Virus record (IMG/VR): IMGVR_UViG_2574180019_000007
Source: a virus
Lineage: Duplodnaviria; Heunggongvirae; Uroviricota; Caudoviricetes
Length of the DNA: 22,878 nucleotides
Direction: 5' to 3' (one strand)
Below the pieces are notes generated by a model. That model saw nothing but the letters and a program-made list of their open reading frames with translations. It had not been told where the DNA came from and did no database searches. The position numbers and the translations under genes were made by a program. This document shows, piece by piece, positions 9,104-17,574 of this stretch (position 1 is its first letter; each line of letters starts with the position of its first letter).

Positions 9104-10132
9104 TTATTTCACCTGTACCACCACAAACTCATCCGGGTCCGGCAACACCATCAGCGGCGCGGACTGCGTCATGGTAAATTCACGGGCGGGATCCCCTACC
9201 GTCAGCCAGTGTTTCGGATAACGGGAAGAGGCCACCACACCTTCGGACAACGCCTGAGCATCCTGAATGGCACCGTAACAACGGATCCCATCTGCAGCAG
9301 TATTCCCCAGAACCAGCATGCCATCTGGAAGATAACGTTTTTCGATACCGTCTTCTGCTATATAAGACGTTTTCGCCACCACAATGGCCAGATCGCCGTA
9401 ATACCCCTTGAAGGACACCACTGCGCCCAGATCTTTCACTGCCGTTTCGAGTTGAGAATTTGAACCGCGACGGGTATCCAGTTTTTCGCGGAACAGCTTA
9501 AAACCATTCAGAAGACGCCAGACGGTACCGTCCATAATGGCAATATTCACAAGACCGCTGGCCAGGTCGCAGTAGAGGTCAATATCATGTGTAGGATCGA
9601 ACGTGTCACGATCCTGTTTTGACCACTCCTTACCACTACCCTGAGTGATGTTATTCTTCGTCGACCTGCCAAAATCGACCTCAATTTTCTCGAACTGGTC
9701 TCCTTCCATGGTGTATTTGCCATACAACACAGCATTTACCGCCTGCATTTCTTCCACCTGGACAATCGCGTGCTCTTCCTGTTTGAGGTTATCGGTAATG
9801 ATACGCAGACGGCGGTAAGCCGGATCATTCAGTTGAGATGGATCTTCACCAGGAAGGCGCTCAACCGCCTGCTGGTAATTAAATTCGTGTTTCGGCTTGA
9901 CGTAGCCCGGACGCAACACGCGGGTTTCACCACCACGATGACGCAGCACTTTTCCTTCAACAACCGGGGAGACATAGGCCGCCACCGGCGTTTTTCCGGT
10001 AATTTTGTCCAGCATCACCTCTTCGGTATGGAAATTCACCGTACGGCGGAAAAACAGCTCCAGAAACAGCGCACGAAATTTAACTTTTTGTTCGGTATAA
10101 CCGAGTAACTGGCGGGTCGTAAACAATCCCAT
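9104..10132 (-). CDS. E: Major capsid protein E
   Basis: 342-aa ORF (lambda gpE is 341 aa) with recognisable blocks: PGYVKPKHE, AYRRLRII, VEEMQAV, KYTMEGD, NNITQ, EWSKQD, KLDTRRGSNS, ETAVKDLG, GDPAREFTM, QSAPLM. Confidence 0.95.
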   Translation of the reverse strand: MGLFTTRQLLGYTEQKVKFRALFLELFFRRTVNFHTEEVMLDKITGKTPVAAYVSPVVEGKVLRHRGGETRVLRPGYVKPKHEFNYQQAVERLPGEDPSQLNDPAYRRLRIITDNLKQEEHAIVQVEEMQAVNAVLYGKYTMEGDQFEKIEVDFGRSTKNNITQGSGKEWSKQDRDTFDPTHDIDLYCDLASGLVNIAIMDGTVWRLLNGFKLFREKLDTRRGSNSQLETAVKDLGAVVSFKGYYGDLAIVVAKTSYIAEDGIEKRYLPDGMLVLGNTAADGIRCYGAIQDAQALSEGVVASSRYPKHWLTVGDPAREFTMTQSAPLMVLPDPDEFVVVQVK

Positions 10133-10189
10133 AAATCAGTTCCTTTCATTCAGAAATCAGTCAGGCCACCGCGGTGGCCTGATAACGTG

Positions 10190-10537
10190 TTACGGCAGCG
10201 CCGCGTGACTCAGGGCACTGCCAGCAAAGGCGTTGGCCTTTTTGTGTTCATCCACACTTTCAGGCCAGTGGATTGCCTCCGTCGCAAAGGTTCCCGACTT
10301 GTAATACGTCAGCGCCGTCTCTGTGCCTTCAAGCGGCAGTACCAGTATGCCAACCGCACTACCGGCTTTCTGTCCGTCCCAGACCACCAGTTTCCCGGTG
10401 GCTTCATCCAGCATCAGGGGCGTCAGTGCCGGTGTTGGCGAGGAAATCCCGCTGCTGCCTGTGGCGGTATGAGCCGGATCATTACCGGCAAAAATACGTA
10501 CTTCCGCACGCTGTTCAGTGATGGTTTTCGTCACCAT
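10190..10537 (-). CDS. D: Capsid decoration protein D
   Basis: 115-aa ORF with DPAHTAT, TPLMLD, KLVVWDG, AVGIL, YKSGTF and AFAGSA motifs as in lambda gpD. Strong RBS (TAGGAGG) upstream. Confidence 0.9.
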   Translation of the reverse strand: MVTKTITEQRAEVRIFAGNDPAHTATGSSGISSPTPALTPLMLDEATGKLVVWDGQKAGSAVGILVLPLEGTETALTYYKSGTFATEAIHWPESVDEHKKANAFAGSALSHAALP

Positions 10538-10573
10538 ATTGTAAAAACCTCCTATTGATGGTCAGCACTGACT

Positions 10574-11176
10574 TCATGGCATGGCCATGAGCATTTTCAC
10601 GTCCGCATCACCGTCTGCTGACGTCTGTGCCACGCCACCCTGTACCGCTGCCGGTGAATGGTTCGCCATGAAATGTTCAAACATGGCGGTTGTGGATGCA
10701 GAGACCGGTTCTGCCTTACCTGATCCCGCAGCCAGCACAGCCCGGGCGCTCTCCACTGTCATTCCCGGGCAGGCAGCCAGCTGTTCAGCCTGCGCCTCAG
10801 CCCCTTTTGCCTCATCCAGTGCCATGATCTGATCACGAAGTGAGGGCCCGGCATTCGCCTGCGGTGAAGCAGCCAGGATCGGGCGGGCTTTTTCCACCGT
10901 CATCTCCGGCATCGCCGCCAGCGTTGCTGCCAGTTGTTCACGACCGTTCGCTTCTTCACACGCCATAATGCGATCGGCTTCACTCTGTGCGGATGCCACC
11001 GGCTGCTGCGGTGCCGCCGCGGCCAGAATCGCCCGGGCCTGTTCAACGCTCATGCCCTGTTGCCCTGCCAGCATCGTGGCAAGCTGTTCACGTCCTTTCG
11101 CTTCCTGGCATGTCAGGATCCCCATCACTCGCTGGTTCTCCTGCACGGCGGCTTCCGTTGCAGTTAATTGCGGCAT
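10574..11176 (-). CDS. Nu3: Scaffolding protein Nu3-like, from an in-frame internal start within C
   Basis: Internal ATG at 11174-11176 (MPQLTATEAAV...) preceded by a strong RBS (AGAGGAGGCACT). Gives a 200-aa product covering the repeat-containing C-terminal part of C, analogous to lambda Nu3, which is the in-frame 3' part of C. Confidence 0.5.
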   Translation of the reverse strand: MPQLTATEAAVQENQRVMGILTCQEAKGREQLATMLAGQQGMSVEQARAILAAAAPQQPVASAQSEADRIMACEEANGREQLAATLAAMPEMTVEKARPILAASPQANAGPSLRDQIMALDEAKGAEAQAEQLAACPGMTVESARAVLAAGSGKAEPVSASTTAMFEHFMANHSPAAVQGGVAQTSADGDADVKMLMAMP

Positions 11177-12079
11177 AGTGCCTCCTCTGACATTACTGTT
11201 CAGCGCCGTGGCCATCACACTGATGGCATCCGACGCATTGATTAATTCATCCGCCAGCCCGGCCTCAATGCCGGACTGACCTTCAAAAACGGCAGCCTCT
11301 GTTCCCGTGACGGCATCAACAGACAGACCGGTATACATCGCCACTTTTTCGGCAAACATCCGGCGCGCCGCATCAATCCGCTGCTGCATGTCCTGGCGAA
11401 CCTCTGCCGGCAACGCTTCAAACTGATTGCCATCCACCTTGTGCGCCCCGGCATAAATCAGCGTGATATCCACACCGGCCTGCGCCAGATGACCGGCATA
11501 GCTGACATGGCTCATCATCACGCCAATGGAGCCGATACGGGATGTCTGGGTAACCAGCCGTCGGGAGCAGGCCGACGCCAGCAGCATGGCTGCAGAACAG
11601 GCCGTGTCATTACACAGTGCCCAGACCGGCTTCTGCTGCCGGAGGCGGTAAATCATGTCAGCGCAGTCAAACGCGCCGGCGGCCTGCCCGCCCGGACTGT
11701 CAATGTCCAGCAGTATGCCCCGCACCTGGCTATCTGCCATTGCCTGCTGAAGACAGGCGACAATGCCGTCATAGCCAGTCATTCCGGAAAATGGCCGCAT
11801 CCCCCCCAGCCGGTGCACCAGCGTGCCGGTCACCGGCAGTACCGCAATACCGTTCACCACCCGGTAAACACGGGCCGGTCGTTTACCTCCGGCCATGTAC
11901 TCGTCCGTTTCAGCCAGCATTCCGGGTGCATCAAGCTGTACCTGCTGTTGTGGTACCGAAAGACTTGCTGCCCCCATCTCGCGCCCGAGCGCGCAAAAGA
12001 AAACCCGCGCATAGGCGGGCTCCAGAAGCAGCGGTTCATTGAATGCTGCGGCAATAATGTGTGAAAGATTACGTCTCAC
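10574..12079 (-). CDS. C: Prohead maturation protease C (S49/ClpP-like peptidase) with C-terminal scaffold repeats
   Basis: 501-aa ORF starting with GTG at 12077-12079 and overlapping the B stop. N-terminal half carries a serine-peptidase S49-like core (GIAVLPVTGTL, ILLDIDSPGG, GSIGVMM). C-terminal third has three tandem repeats of about 38 aa. Confidence 0.85.
   Translation of the reverse strand: MRRNLSHIIAAAFNEPLLLEPAYARVFFCALGREMGAASLSVPQQQVQLDAPGMLAETDEYMAGGKRPARVYRVVNGIAVLPVTGTLVHRLGGMRPFSGMTGYDGIVACLQQAMADSQVRGILLDIDSPGGQAAGAFDCADMIYRLRQQKPVWALCNDTACSAAMLLASACSRRLVTQTSRIGSIGVMMSHVSYAGHLAQAGVDITLIYAGAHKVDGNQFEALPAEVRQDMQQRIDAARRMFAEKVAMYTGLSVDAVTGTEAAVFEGQSGIEAGLADELINASDAISVMATALNSNVRGGTMPQLTATEAAVQENQRVMGILTCQEAKGREQLATMLAGQQGMSVEQARAILAAAAPQQPVASAQSEADRIMACEEANGREQLAATLAAMPEMTVEKARPILAASPQANAGPSLRDQIMALDEAKGAEAQAEQLAACPGMTVESARAVLAAGSGKAEPVSASTTAMFEHFMANHSPAAVQGGVAQTSADGDADVKMLMAMP
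10715..11125. repeat. Three tandem in-frame repeats of about 114 bp in the C/Nu3 scaffold region
   Basis: Protein repeats MGILTCQEAKGREQLATMLAGQQGMSVEQARAILAAA / IMACEEANGREQLAATLAAMPEMTVEKARPILAAS / IMALDEAKGAEAQAEQLAACPGMTVESARAVLAAG. The corresponding DNA segments are visibly similar. Confidence 0.5.
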
Positions 12080-13661
12080 GTGGTGTTGTCTCCTCTTCCG
12101 GCCTGCGACTCTCCGCTATCTGCTGCTGATACGCCTGCGCTATCCACACCGGACGTGAGAGTCCGGCTTTTTCCCGCTCTGCAGATTCCCTGACCTGCTG
12201 GCGGAAAATGTCCTGATAATCCTCGCCCATCAGCGCCAGCTCTTTCTCATACGTGCTCAGTCCGGCCTCAATGCGCATCACTGATTCCTGAACCTCCTTG
12301 AGCCCGTCAATGGCCATTCTTCCGGCTCCAATCCACTCAGCCCGTGACCAGGCTGATCGCGCCTGATAAAAATCAAAACGTGCCCGTGGCGGACGAATAA
12401 TCCCCCGAAGAAGTGCCTCTTCCAGCCAGCAGGAAAACATCTGCGTGGCCAGCCGGGACGCAATAAATTTTCGCCGCCCCATAAAATAGCGCCACGACTC
12501 ATTGGCGGAGGCGCGGGCACTTGAGTAACTGACCTTCGAGTAATCACGGGACAACTGTTCGTAGGAAACGCCAAGACCGGCGGCGATATACCGCAGCAGC
12601 GCCTGTTCAAGCGCAGAAAATCCATTGTCTGAATCCTGCGCTGTCTGTAGTTTCAGATCATCACCAGGGAAAAGGTGCGGAATTTTGACACCGCCCAGTG
12701 TCACGTTATTCGTGTCATACCAGCTGGAGAACTTCTCCAGAATATTAATAAGCGGATTATCCTTCTGCTCCTGTGGCGCGCCGGCGATATATTCAAAGGC
12801 CTTTTCGGTATCAAGTTCACTTTCAATCGTCGCTGCATACATCGCCTTCACTATGGCCGACTGAAGCTGTGTTGCCTGCAGGGAATCGAGCATCTTCAGC
12901 CGTTCCATGACGCTGTAAAACTGATTAGCCCCACGGGTCTGCCCGTCCTCCACCGGCTCGAAAATATGCAGCATGGCCGGACGCCCGGTGGGAAGTTCAC
13001 GCGGGATCCGTTCCCATCGTCCACTACCAGAGAACGGAAAATCATCCTCACAGATATGGTACGCAACGGCACGACCATATCGATCGACCTCCACACCGGC
13101 CCGCAGAAAACGGTTCCCCATACCGTGTCCTGGCGTGTCCACCCGTTTCGGACTCACGGCTTTAAAACGCGTACGGAATAACTGCGTGGTTTCCGTATCC
13201 CAGACCGGCTGCACAAAGATTTCGCCGTTAAACGCATGAACGCCCACACCTTCACGGATAAATTCCGTGAACGTGCGTTTTCCTTCCACGTCGATCTCGC
13301 CAAACATCCCTTCGGCGTATTCCGACCAGGCCGCCTCCACCTCATCGACAAAGCTTTTTGCTGCGGTCTCCCGCATCCCCAGCCAGCGCCAGTTCGGACG
13401 GTAGCTGATCAGAAACATATGCCCGACAATGTGATCCTTATGCAGAGCCACCGCATTAGCCGCTATTCCGTTATTGCGCACCAGATCATCTGCCCGGGCA
13501 TTCCCCAGACGCAACGCGGGCAGCAGGGCCGCATCGGCACTCTGCGCCGGTGGCAACCACTCAGCCATTTGCCCGCCAAATCCTGCACCGCCCCCGTTGT
13601 AGCTGAGACTCTCACGAAGCGGAACGCCGTTCACATCAATCAGGACAGGCGTTCGTTTCAT
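12069..13661 (-). CDS. B: Portal protein B
   Basis: Start chosen at the ATG giving MKRTPVLIDVNGVPLRESLSYNGGGAGFGGQMAEWLPP..., which I recognise as lambda gpB; the start overlaps the W stop. About 530 aa. Confidence 0.9.
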   Translation of the reverse strand: MKRTPVLIDVNGVPLRESLSYNGGGAGFGGQMAEWLPPAQSADAALLPALRLGNARADDLVRNNGIAANAVALHKDHIVGHMFLISYRPNWRWLGMRETAAKSFVDEVEAAWSEYAEGMFGEIDVEGKRTFTEFIREGVGVHAFNGEIFVQPVWDTETTQLFRTRFKAVSPKRVDTPGHGMGNRFLRAGVEVDRYGRAVAYHICEDDFPFSGSGRWERIPRELPTGRPAMLHIFEPVEDGQTRGANQFYSVMERLKMLDSLQATQLQSAIVKAMYAATIESELDTEKAFEYIAGAPQEQKDNPLINILEKFSSWYDTNNVTLGGVKIPHLFPGDDLKLQTAQDSDNGFSALEQALLRYIAAGLGVSYEQLSRDYSKVSYSSARASANESWRYFMGRRKFIASRLATQMFSCWLEEALLRGIIRPPRARFDFYQARSAWSRAEWIGAGRMAIDGLKEVQESVMRIEAGLSTYEKELALMGEDYQDIFRQQVRESAEREKAGLSRPVWIAQAYQQQIAESRRPEEETTPRET

Positions 13662-13864
13662 AACCTCACTCCCAGCGGACGACGGCGACACCGGGTTGTC
13701 CCCAGTACCGACTCCGCATCATTGATCGCCCGGTTAAGCTCATCCAGAGAAGCCGCCGTATATTCAATTCTGCGACCATCTTTCTGGACAGACACCACCC
13801 GTTTACCGGTTAATAAATCAAGGCGCGCCTGACGCAGCGCCTGCAGTTCAGCGACTGTAACCAT
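13658..13864 (-). CDS. W: Head-tail joining protein W
   Basis: 68-aa ORF, the lambda gpW length, with TGKRVVSVQKDGRRIEYTAAS resembling lambda W ([21 protein letters not shown]). Between A and B. Confidence 0.85.
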   Translation of the reverse strand: MVTVAELQALRQARLDLLTGKRVVSVQKDGRRIEYTAASLDELNRAINDAESVLGTTRCRRRPLGVRL

Positions 13865-15776
13865 TCACTCCTCCGGACAGCTTCGCTGCCAGTTCTTTAA
13901 GGGTTGGCCGGGTCGTCTCTTCTTCCCGGGATTTTGCCAGTACAGCCAGATCAAGCTGCCAGCGTTGCACGGACACACGTAATGCCGCGTAGGCATACAC
14001 CAGGCAGTCCAGCGCTTCGTTACGCCGCTTTTTGTTATCCCACAGCAGACGCATCTTTCCTTTTTCCCACTTCTCCACAAGCTCTTCCGCGACCAGTTGC
14101 TGCGCCTCTGTCTGCGAAAAAATCTCCGGATCATCAGGAAAACGGATGGCATACGACGTGGCTTCATCCGCAGGCGTGGGCTCGGCTTTCATACGGGCAT
14201 AGAGAATTTCTTTTGCGGTGTCCGTCCCCACTTCACACAGATAAACGCCCCGCTGATTGCGGGTTTTCGGCATGGTGATCACCGGCTTGCCATAGACAGA
14301 CGCGCCTTTTACCGGCAGCACCCGGAAAACACCGTGTTTTTTTGACCTCTGATAAACGATTTCGCCATCGATCCCCCCGATGTCCCAGCAGACACGGGAA
14401 ATGGTCATTTCGGTTCCGTCTGCATGGCGGTATTTTTTGTTGATCGCCGCATCCACACGTAACAGCGTCTCTTCCTCATCGGGACGCCCCATAATGATGA
14501 TTTTATCCACCAGAAAGGCTTCCTCTCCCGGAGCCCATCCCCAGACATACATCTCAAAACGGTTTCGCTGCGAGTCAATGCCCGCCGTCAGATAAACCAC
14601 CCGGGCAGGCACCGCCGCCGTGTAACGCACAACCTTATCCATCAGCACCTGGTGATCGAGTTTTTCGCCCACAGCCTCTTCCCAGGTCTCGCCCAGCGTG
14701 GTGTTCACAAAGGTTTTCAGGCCGTTGGGATCTTTCAGTGCATCCAGCCAGTCATAGACAATCTGTACCCAGGTGGTGAACGGACTGTACGCCGTCCAGA
14801 TATGGAAAGTGATGGAGCGCGGCGGCGGAATTTCATCACCCCGGGCGCTGAAAAACATCAGGCCGTCACGGGTCCACATGCCCGTGTTTTCACAGATCCA
14901 CCGCCCGTTACTCTGGTCAAGCTCAGACTGATGGATCACACAGCCATGATGCTCACAAAGGTAGAAAACACTTTCTGGCTTATTCTTCTCCCACTTAAGA
15001 CCGAAAGGCGAGGCATCATCGCCAAATTTCAGATACTGCTCCTCCCCACAGTGCGGACAGGGCACATAAAAACGCATGAAGTGTGCCGACTCGTTAGCGG
15101 CTTTTTCGATCTGGCAGGAGCCTTTGATTTTAGGCGTCGAGCCGCGAATGGATTTTGGCCATACAGAGCCCTCAATACGTTTATCCCCCAGCAGGGTTGG
15201 CGAACCCTCTTTTTCAACATCCGGTTCGAACGAGGAAAGCTCGTCATAACAGACCACATCCACGGATTTTTCACGGTAGTTTTTTGCTGCCGCACCACCC
15301 AGACACCAGAACCCCACACCGGAGGAAAAACGCTTCAGGGTGAGCGTATTATCGCGGTGTTTTCTTCCGAACCATGGAGCCAGCTCCAGCAATGCAGGAA
15401 CATCCCTTATCGTTGGCTCAACATGAGATTTCATAAAATCTTCAGCAGCTGAGTCCGTGGGCTGAAAAAGAAGGCTGTTGCGTGATTTATGCTCAATAAA
15501 ATAAGCCTCCACTCCCAGCAACATCTTTGTATAACCAACACGGGCAGATTTAATCAGGTTAACCGTGCGAATCAGATCGTTGCCCATACAGTTCATGATG
15601 CCAACCTGAAACGGCAGTGTTTCCCATCGCCCCGGGGTATAAGACGACTCTTTAGGAAGGTAATAATGTTTATTGGCCCACTGAACTGTCGTCAGTGGAA
15701 CAGGAATAATGAGAGATAAAAGCCCTGTAGCTATCGCACCGGCTGCATTAGCTGCCTTCTGCGCGTCTGAAATCAT
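13848..15776 (-). CDS. A: Terminase large subunit A
   Basis: Contains [20 protein letters not shown], Walker-type ATPase region, and the C-terminal nuclease region (WDIGGIDG..., [19 protein letters not shown]) as in lambda gpA. Start placed at the ATG at 15774-15776 (MISDAQ...), giving a ~29-nt overlap with Nu1 comparable to lambda. The upstream ATG at 15816-15818 is an alternative. Confidence 0.9.
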
Positions 15777-16296
15777 CGATCCACCCGCCCACGTTTTCAC
15801 CGGCCTTAGCTGCAACATTGGAGGCTTTCGCGATTTCAGTTTTCACCACATCAAGGTGTGATGGTGAAATGTCCGGATATTTACGCTGTAATGTCAACGG
15901 CACACGCACAAGTATCCCCGAAATCTCCTGTGCCACACGTTGCAGAATGAAGGTAAACAGTTCAGTTTCCAGCACTACTCCGTCTTCACGGGCATTTTTC
16001 AGTTCCTGCGCATCTGCCTGCGCTTTTGTGAGCCGGTAGCGTTCATAGTCAATGGTGCCGGGTTGTAAATCTGACTCCGCTGCCGCACGCAAATCGTCCA
16101 GTTCTTTGCGGAGCTTTTCGTTTTCGATATCAGTTTCCCTCTGCGCATACCACTGAATTGCCATGGCAGTATCAAATACAGATTCAATGCCCTTACTACC
16201 TTTGGAGGCGCAAGGGAGTCCCTGAGACTGCCAGCGTTCAATCGTCCGCGGGTCCACGTTGAAAATTTCGGCAAGCCTCTTTTTATTAACCTTCAT
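15748..16296 (-). CDS. Nu1: Terminase small subunit Nu1
   Basis: 182-aa [31 protein letters not shown]... with winged-HTH N-terminus and the blocks [44 protein letters not shown] matching remembered lambda Nu1. Immediately adjacent to cos. Confidence 0.9.
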
Positions 16297-16472
16297 GAAA
16301 ACAACCCATTATCAAATACAAGGCCCGACATGAAAACGCCAGAAAAAGGCATTTTCGGACACTTTCATGTCGGACCTTTACGGATGCAATATTAAAAAAA
16401 ACAAAAAGTTATATTCGAGAAGTACCGACACGATTTTCCCTGAAAAATTTTCATAAATAGTGAAAAACCGCG
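16297..16472. other. cosB: terminase (Nu1) binding region with three R-like elements and an A-rich IHF-type segment
   Basis: CCGACATGAAAACGCC (about 16323-16338), its inverted copy TTTCATGTCGG (about 16364-16374), and CCGACACGATTTTCCC (about 16424-16439), with the A-tract CAATATTAAAAAAAACAAAAAG between them. Arrangement parallels lambda R1/R2/I1/R3. Confidence 0.6.
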
Positions 16473-16484
16473 AGGTCGCCGCCC
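16473..16484. other. cosN: 12-nt cohesive-end sequence (reverse complement of GGGCGGCGACCT)
   Basis: Plus strand reads AGGTCGCCGCCC at 16473-16484, flanked by CGCG on one side and CGTAACCTGTTGGATCG on the other. This is the reverse complement of the lambda genome ends (...ACAGGTTACG / GGGCGGCGACCTCGCGGG...). Confidence 0.85.
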
Positions 16485-16535
16485 CGTAACCTGTTGGATC
16501 GACGGAAAGGACCCGAAAACGAGAATAATTATCAC

Positions 16536-16565
16536 TTACAGCAAGAATCGAATCTGATCTATTAT
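16536..16565 (+). promoter_or_regulatory. Candidate sigma70 promoter for the plus-strand small-ORF pair
   Basis: TTACAG (16536-16541), 18-nt spacer, TATTAT (16560-16565), about 70 bp upstream of the 16633 start. Assigned by eye only. Confidence 0.25.
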
Positions 16566-16632
16566 GGTGCTTGCTATTATGTGCCGGCACAAGTGCGTCG
16601 TTTACCGTCATTTCACACAGAGGCATCATCAA

Positions 16633-16884
16633 ATGAAAATCAGAAATATTCTCGCTATCTCCCTTGCGACATCATCCTTCAGTTGCCTGGCATTTAAATC
16701 CTCGCCCAATGTGCTACCAGGACCAACGAATCAACTAACTGCGGTAGAAAGTAAAATTATCGGACATTTTTATGCCCCACACAGTACATTACCCGGAACA
16801 ACCATCACAGGGACATGTGACGCCTCCCCCGTCCCGGGATGCACCTGTCCGTTTTGTACTATGCTGCGTAGCCAAAACCGATAA
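16633..16884 (+). CDS. Small secreted Cys-rich protein of unknown function (83 aa, predicted Sec signal peptide)
   Basis: ATG at 16633 preceded by RBS AGAGG. N-terminus MKIRNILAISLATSSFSCLA is signal-peptide-like. C-terminus has a CDASPVPGCTCPFC cluster. Transcribed opposite to the late operon. Confidence 0.5.
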   Translation: MKIRNILAISLATSSFSCLAFKSSPNVLPGPTNQLTAVESKIIGHFYAPHSTLPGTTITGTCDASPVPGCTCPFCTMLRSQNR

Positions 16885-16945
16885 CATCCGCATTTACCTG
16901 GTATTCCATGATGAGTTCACGCAGCGACTGATAGAGGAAGGAAAG

Positions 16946-17125
16946 ATGGTTAGTAAAAGCAAGGCGCATTGCCGCCGCATGCTGCAGGCATTGCAACAGA
17001 CGAGAGCAGGTATTTTTGACCAGTTGGAAAACTGCCAGCATACTTTGCCCGAGTATATCGCCATCTCATCGGAAACCAGTGCAACTCTTATTCATCGGGT
17101 TCCACCAGAGAAAAAGAAGAAATGA
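16946..17125 (+). CDS. Small hypothetical protein (59 aa, basic C-terminus)
   Basis: ATG at 16946 preceded by a strong RBS (GAGGAAGGAAAG). Followed by a hairpin terminator. No recognisable domain. Confidence 0.4.
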   Translation: MVSKSKAHCRRMLQALQQTRAGIFDQLENCQHTLPEYIAISSETSATLIHRVPPEKKKK

Positions 17126-17132
17126 ACAGTGA

Positions 17133-17165
17133 GGCGTTGTGTGGCATACAACGCCTTCTTCCATC
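17133..17165 (+). terminator. Candidate intrinsic terminator after the small-ORF pair
   Basis: AGGCGTTGT (17133-17141), loop GTGGCAT, ACAACGCCT (17149-17157), followed by TCTTCCATCATTCC. The pyrimidine tract is only moderately U-rich. Confidence 0.4.
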
Positions 17166-17247
17166 ATTCCTCGTCAGCCATGACAAAAATATAACCGCTG
17201 GCTCTTTCATTTTTCTCCTGCTTCCAGCCCCTCTCTACCTGGAAGCA

Positions 17248-17574
17248 TCAAGGACGTGACGGCGTAAAGATAAATTGTCTCTTCACTCCCTGACAGGGGC
17301 GATTCTTTTCAAATCGCCATTTCGCCATGGCCTTCACCACTTCATCACGAAACAAATTATGAGGCTCTGAGCGGAGAAAAACGATCCGTGTCACAGTCCC
17401 ATCAGCACCAATATCGAACTTAACCTCAACCAGCCCCTTGATATAATTTGCTGCAGCATATTCCGGATATCGTGGATACACCGTCACTAATTGCCGGGGC
17501 TCATCAGCTTTTTGCTGCGAGCATCCCACTGCCAGGACAGATAACAGAAAAAGTAGTAAAAGGCGTCTTTTCAT
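17248..17574 (-). CDS. Lipoprotein with TonB C-terminal-domain-like region (108 aa)
   Basis: ATG at 17572-17574 preceded by RBS AGGAA. N-terminus MKRRLLLLFLLSVLAVGC is a lipoprotein signal with lipobox LAVGC. The remainder, YPRYPEYAAANYIKGLVEVKFDIGADGTVTRIVFLRSEPHNLFRDEVVKAMAKWRF, resembles the TonB C-terminal domain pattern (YP..A....EG.V.V.F.V..DG.V....V..S......D.A...A...WRF). Confidence 0.6.
   Translation of the reverse strand: MKRRLLLLFLLSVLAVGCSQQKADEPRQLVTVYPRYPEYAAANYIKGLVEVKFDIGADGTVTRIVFLRSEPHNLFRDEVVKAMAKWRFEKNRPCQGVKRQFIFTPSRP

Noticed and set aside
10968-12064. Plus-strand ORFs of 100-207 aa antisense to gene C
   Set aside because: Antisense to the well-supported protease/scaffold gene; Arg/Pro/Ala-rich products without starts in good context.
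12675-13832. Plus-strand ORFs of 168 and 198 aa antisense to portal gene B
   Set aside because: Antisense artefacts; the minus-strand portal translation is unambiguous.
14652-15452. 266-aa plus-strand ORF
   Set aside because: Antisense to terminase large subunit A; no independent support.
1-16296. Possibility that the window is phage lambda itself
   Set aside because: The structural genes read as near-lambda, but the holin/endolysin (pinholin plus SAR endolysin), the Q-rusA region, the porin gene and the genes beside cos are not those of lambda, so this is a related mosaic prophage.
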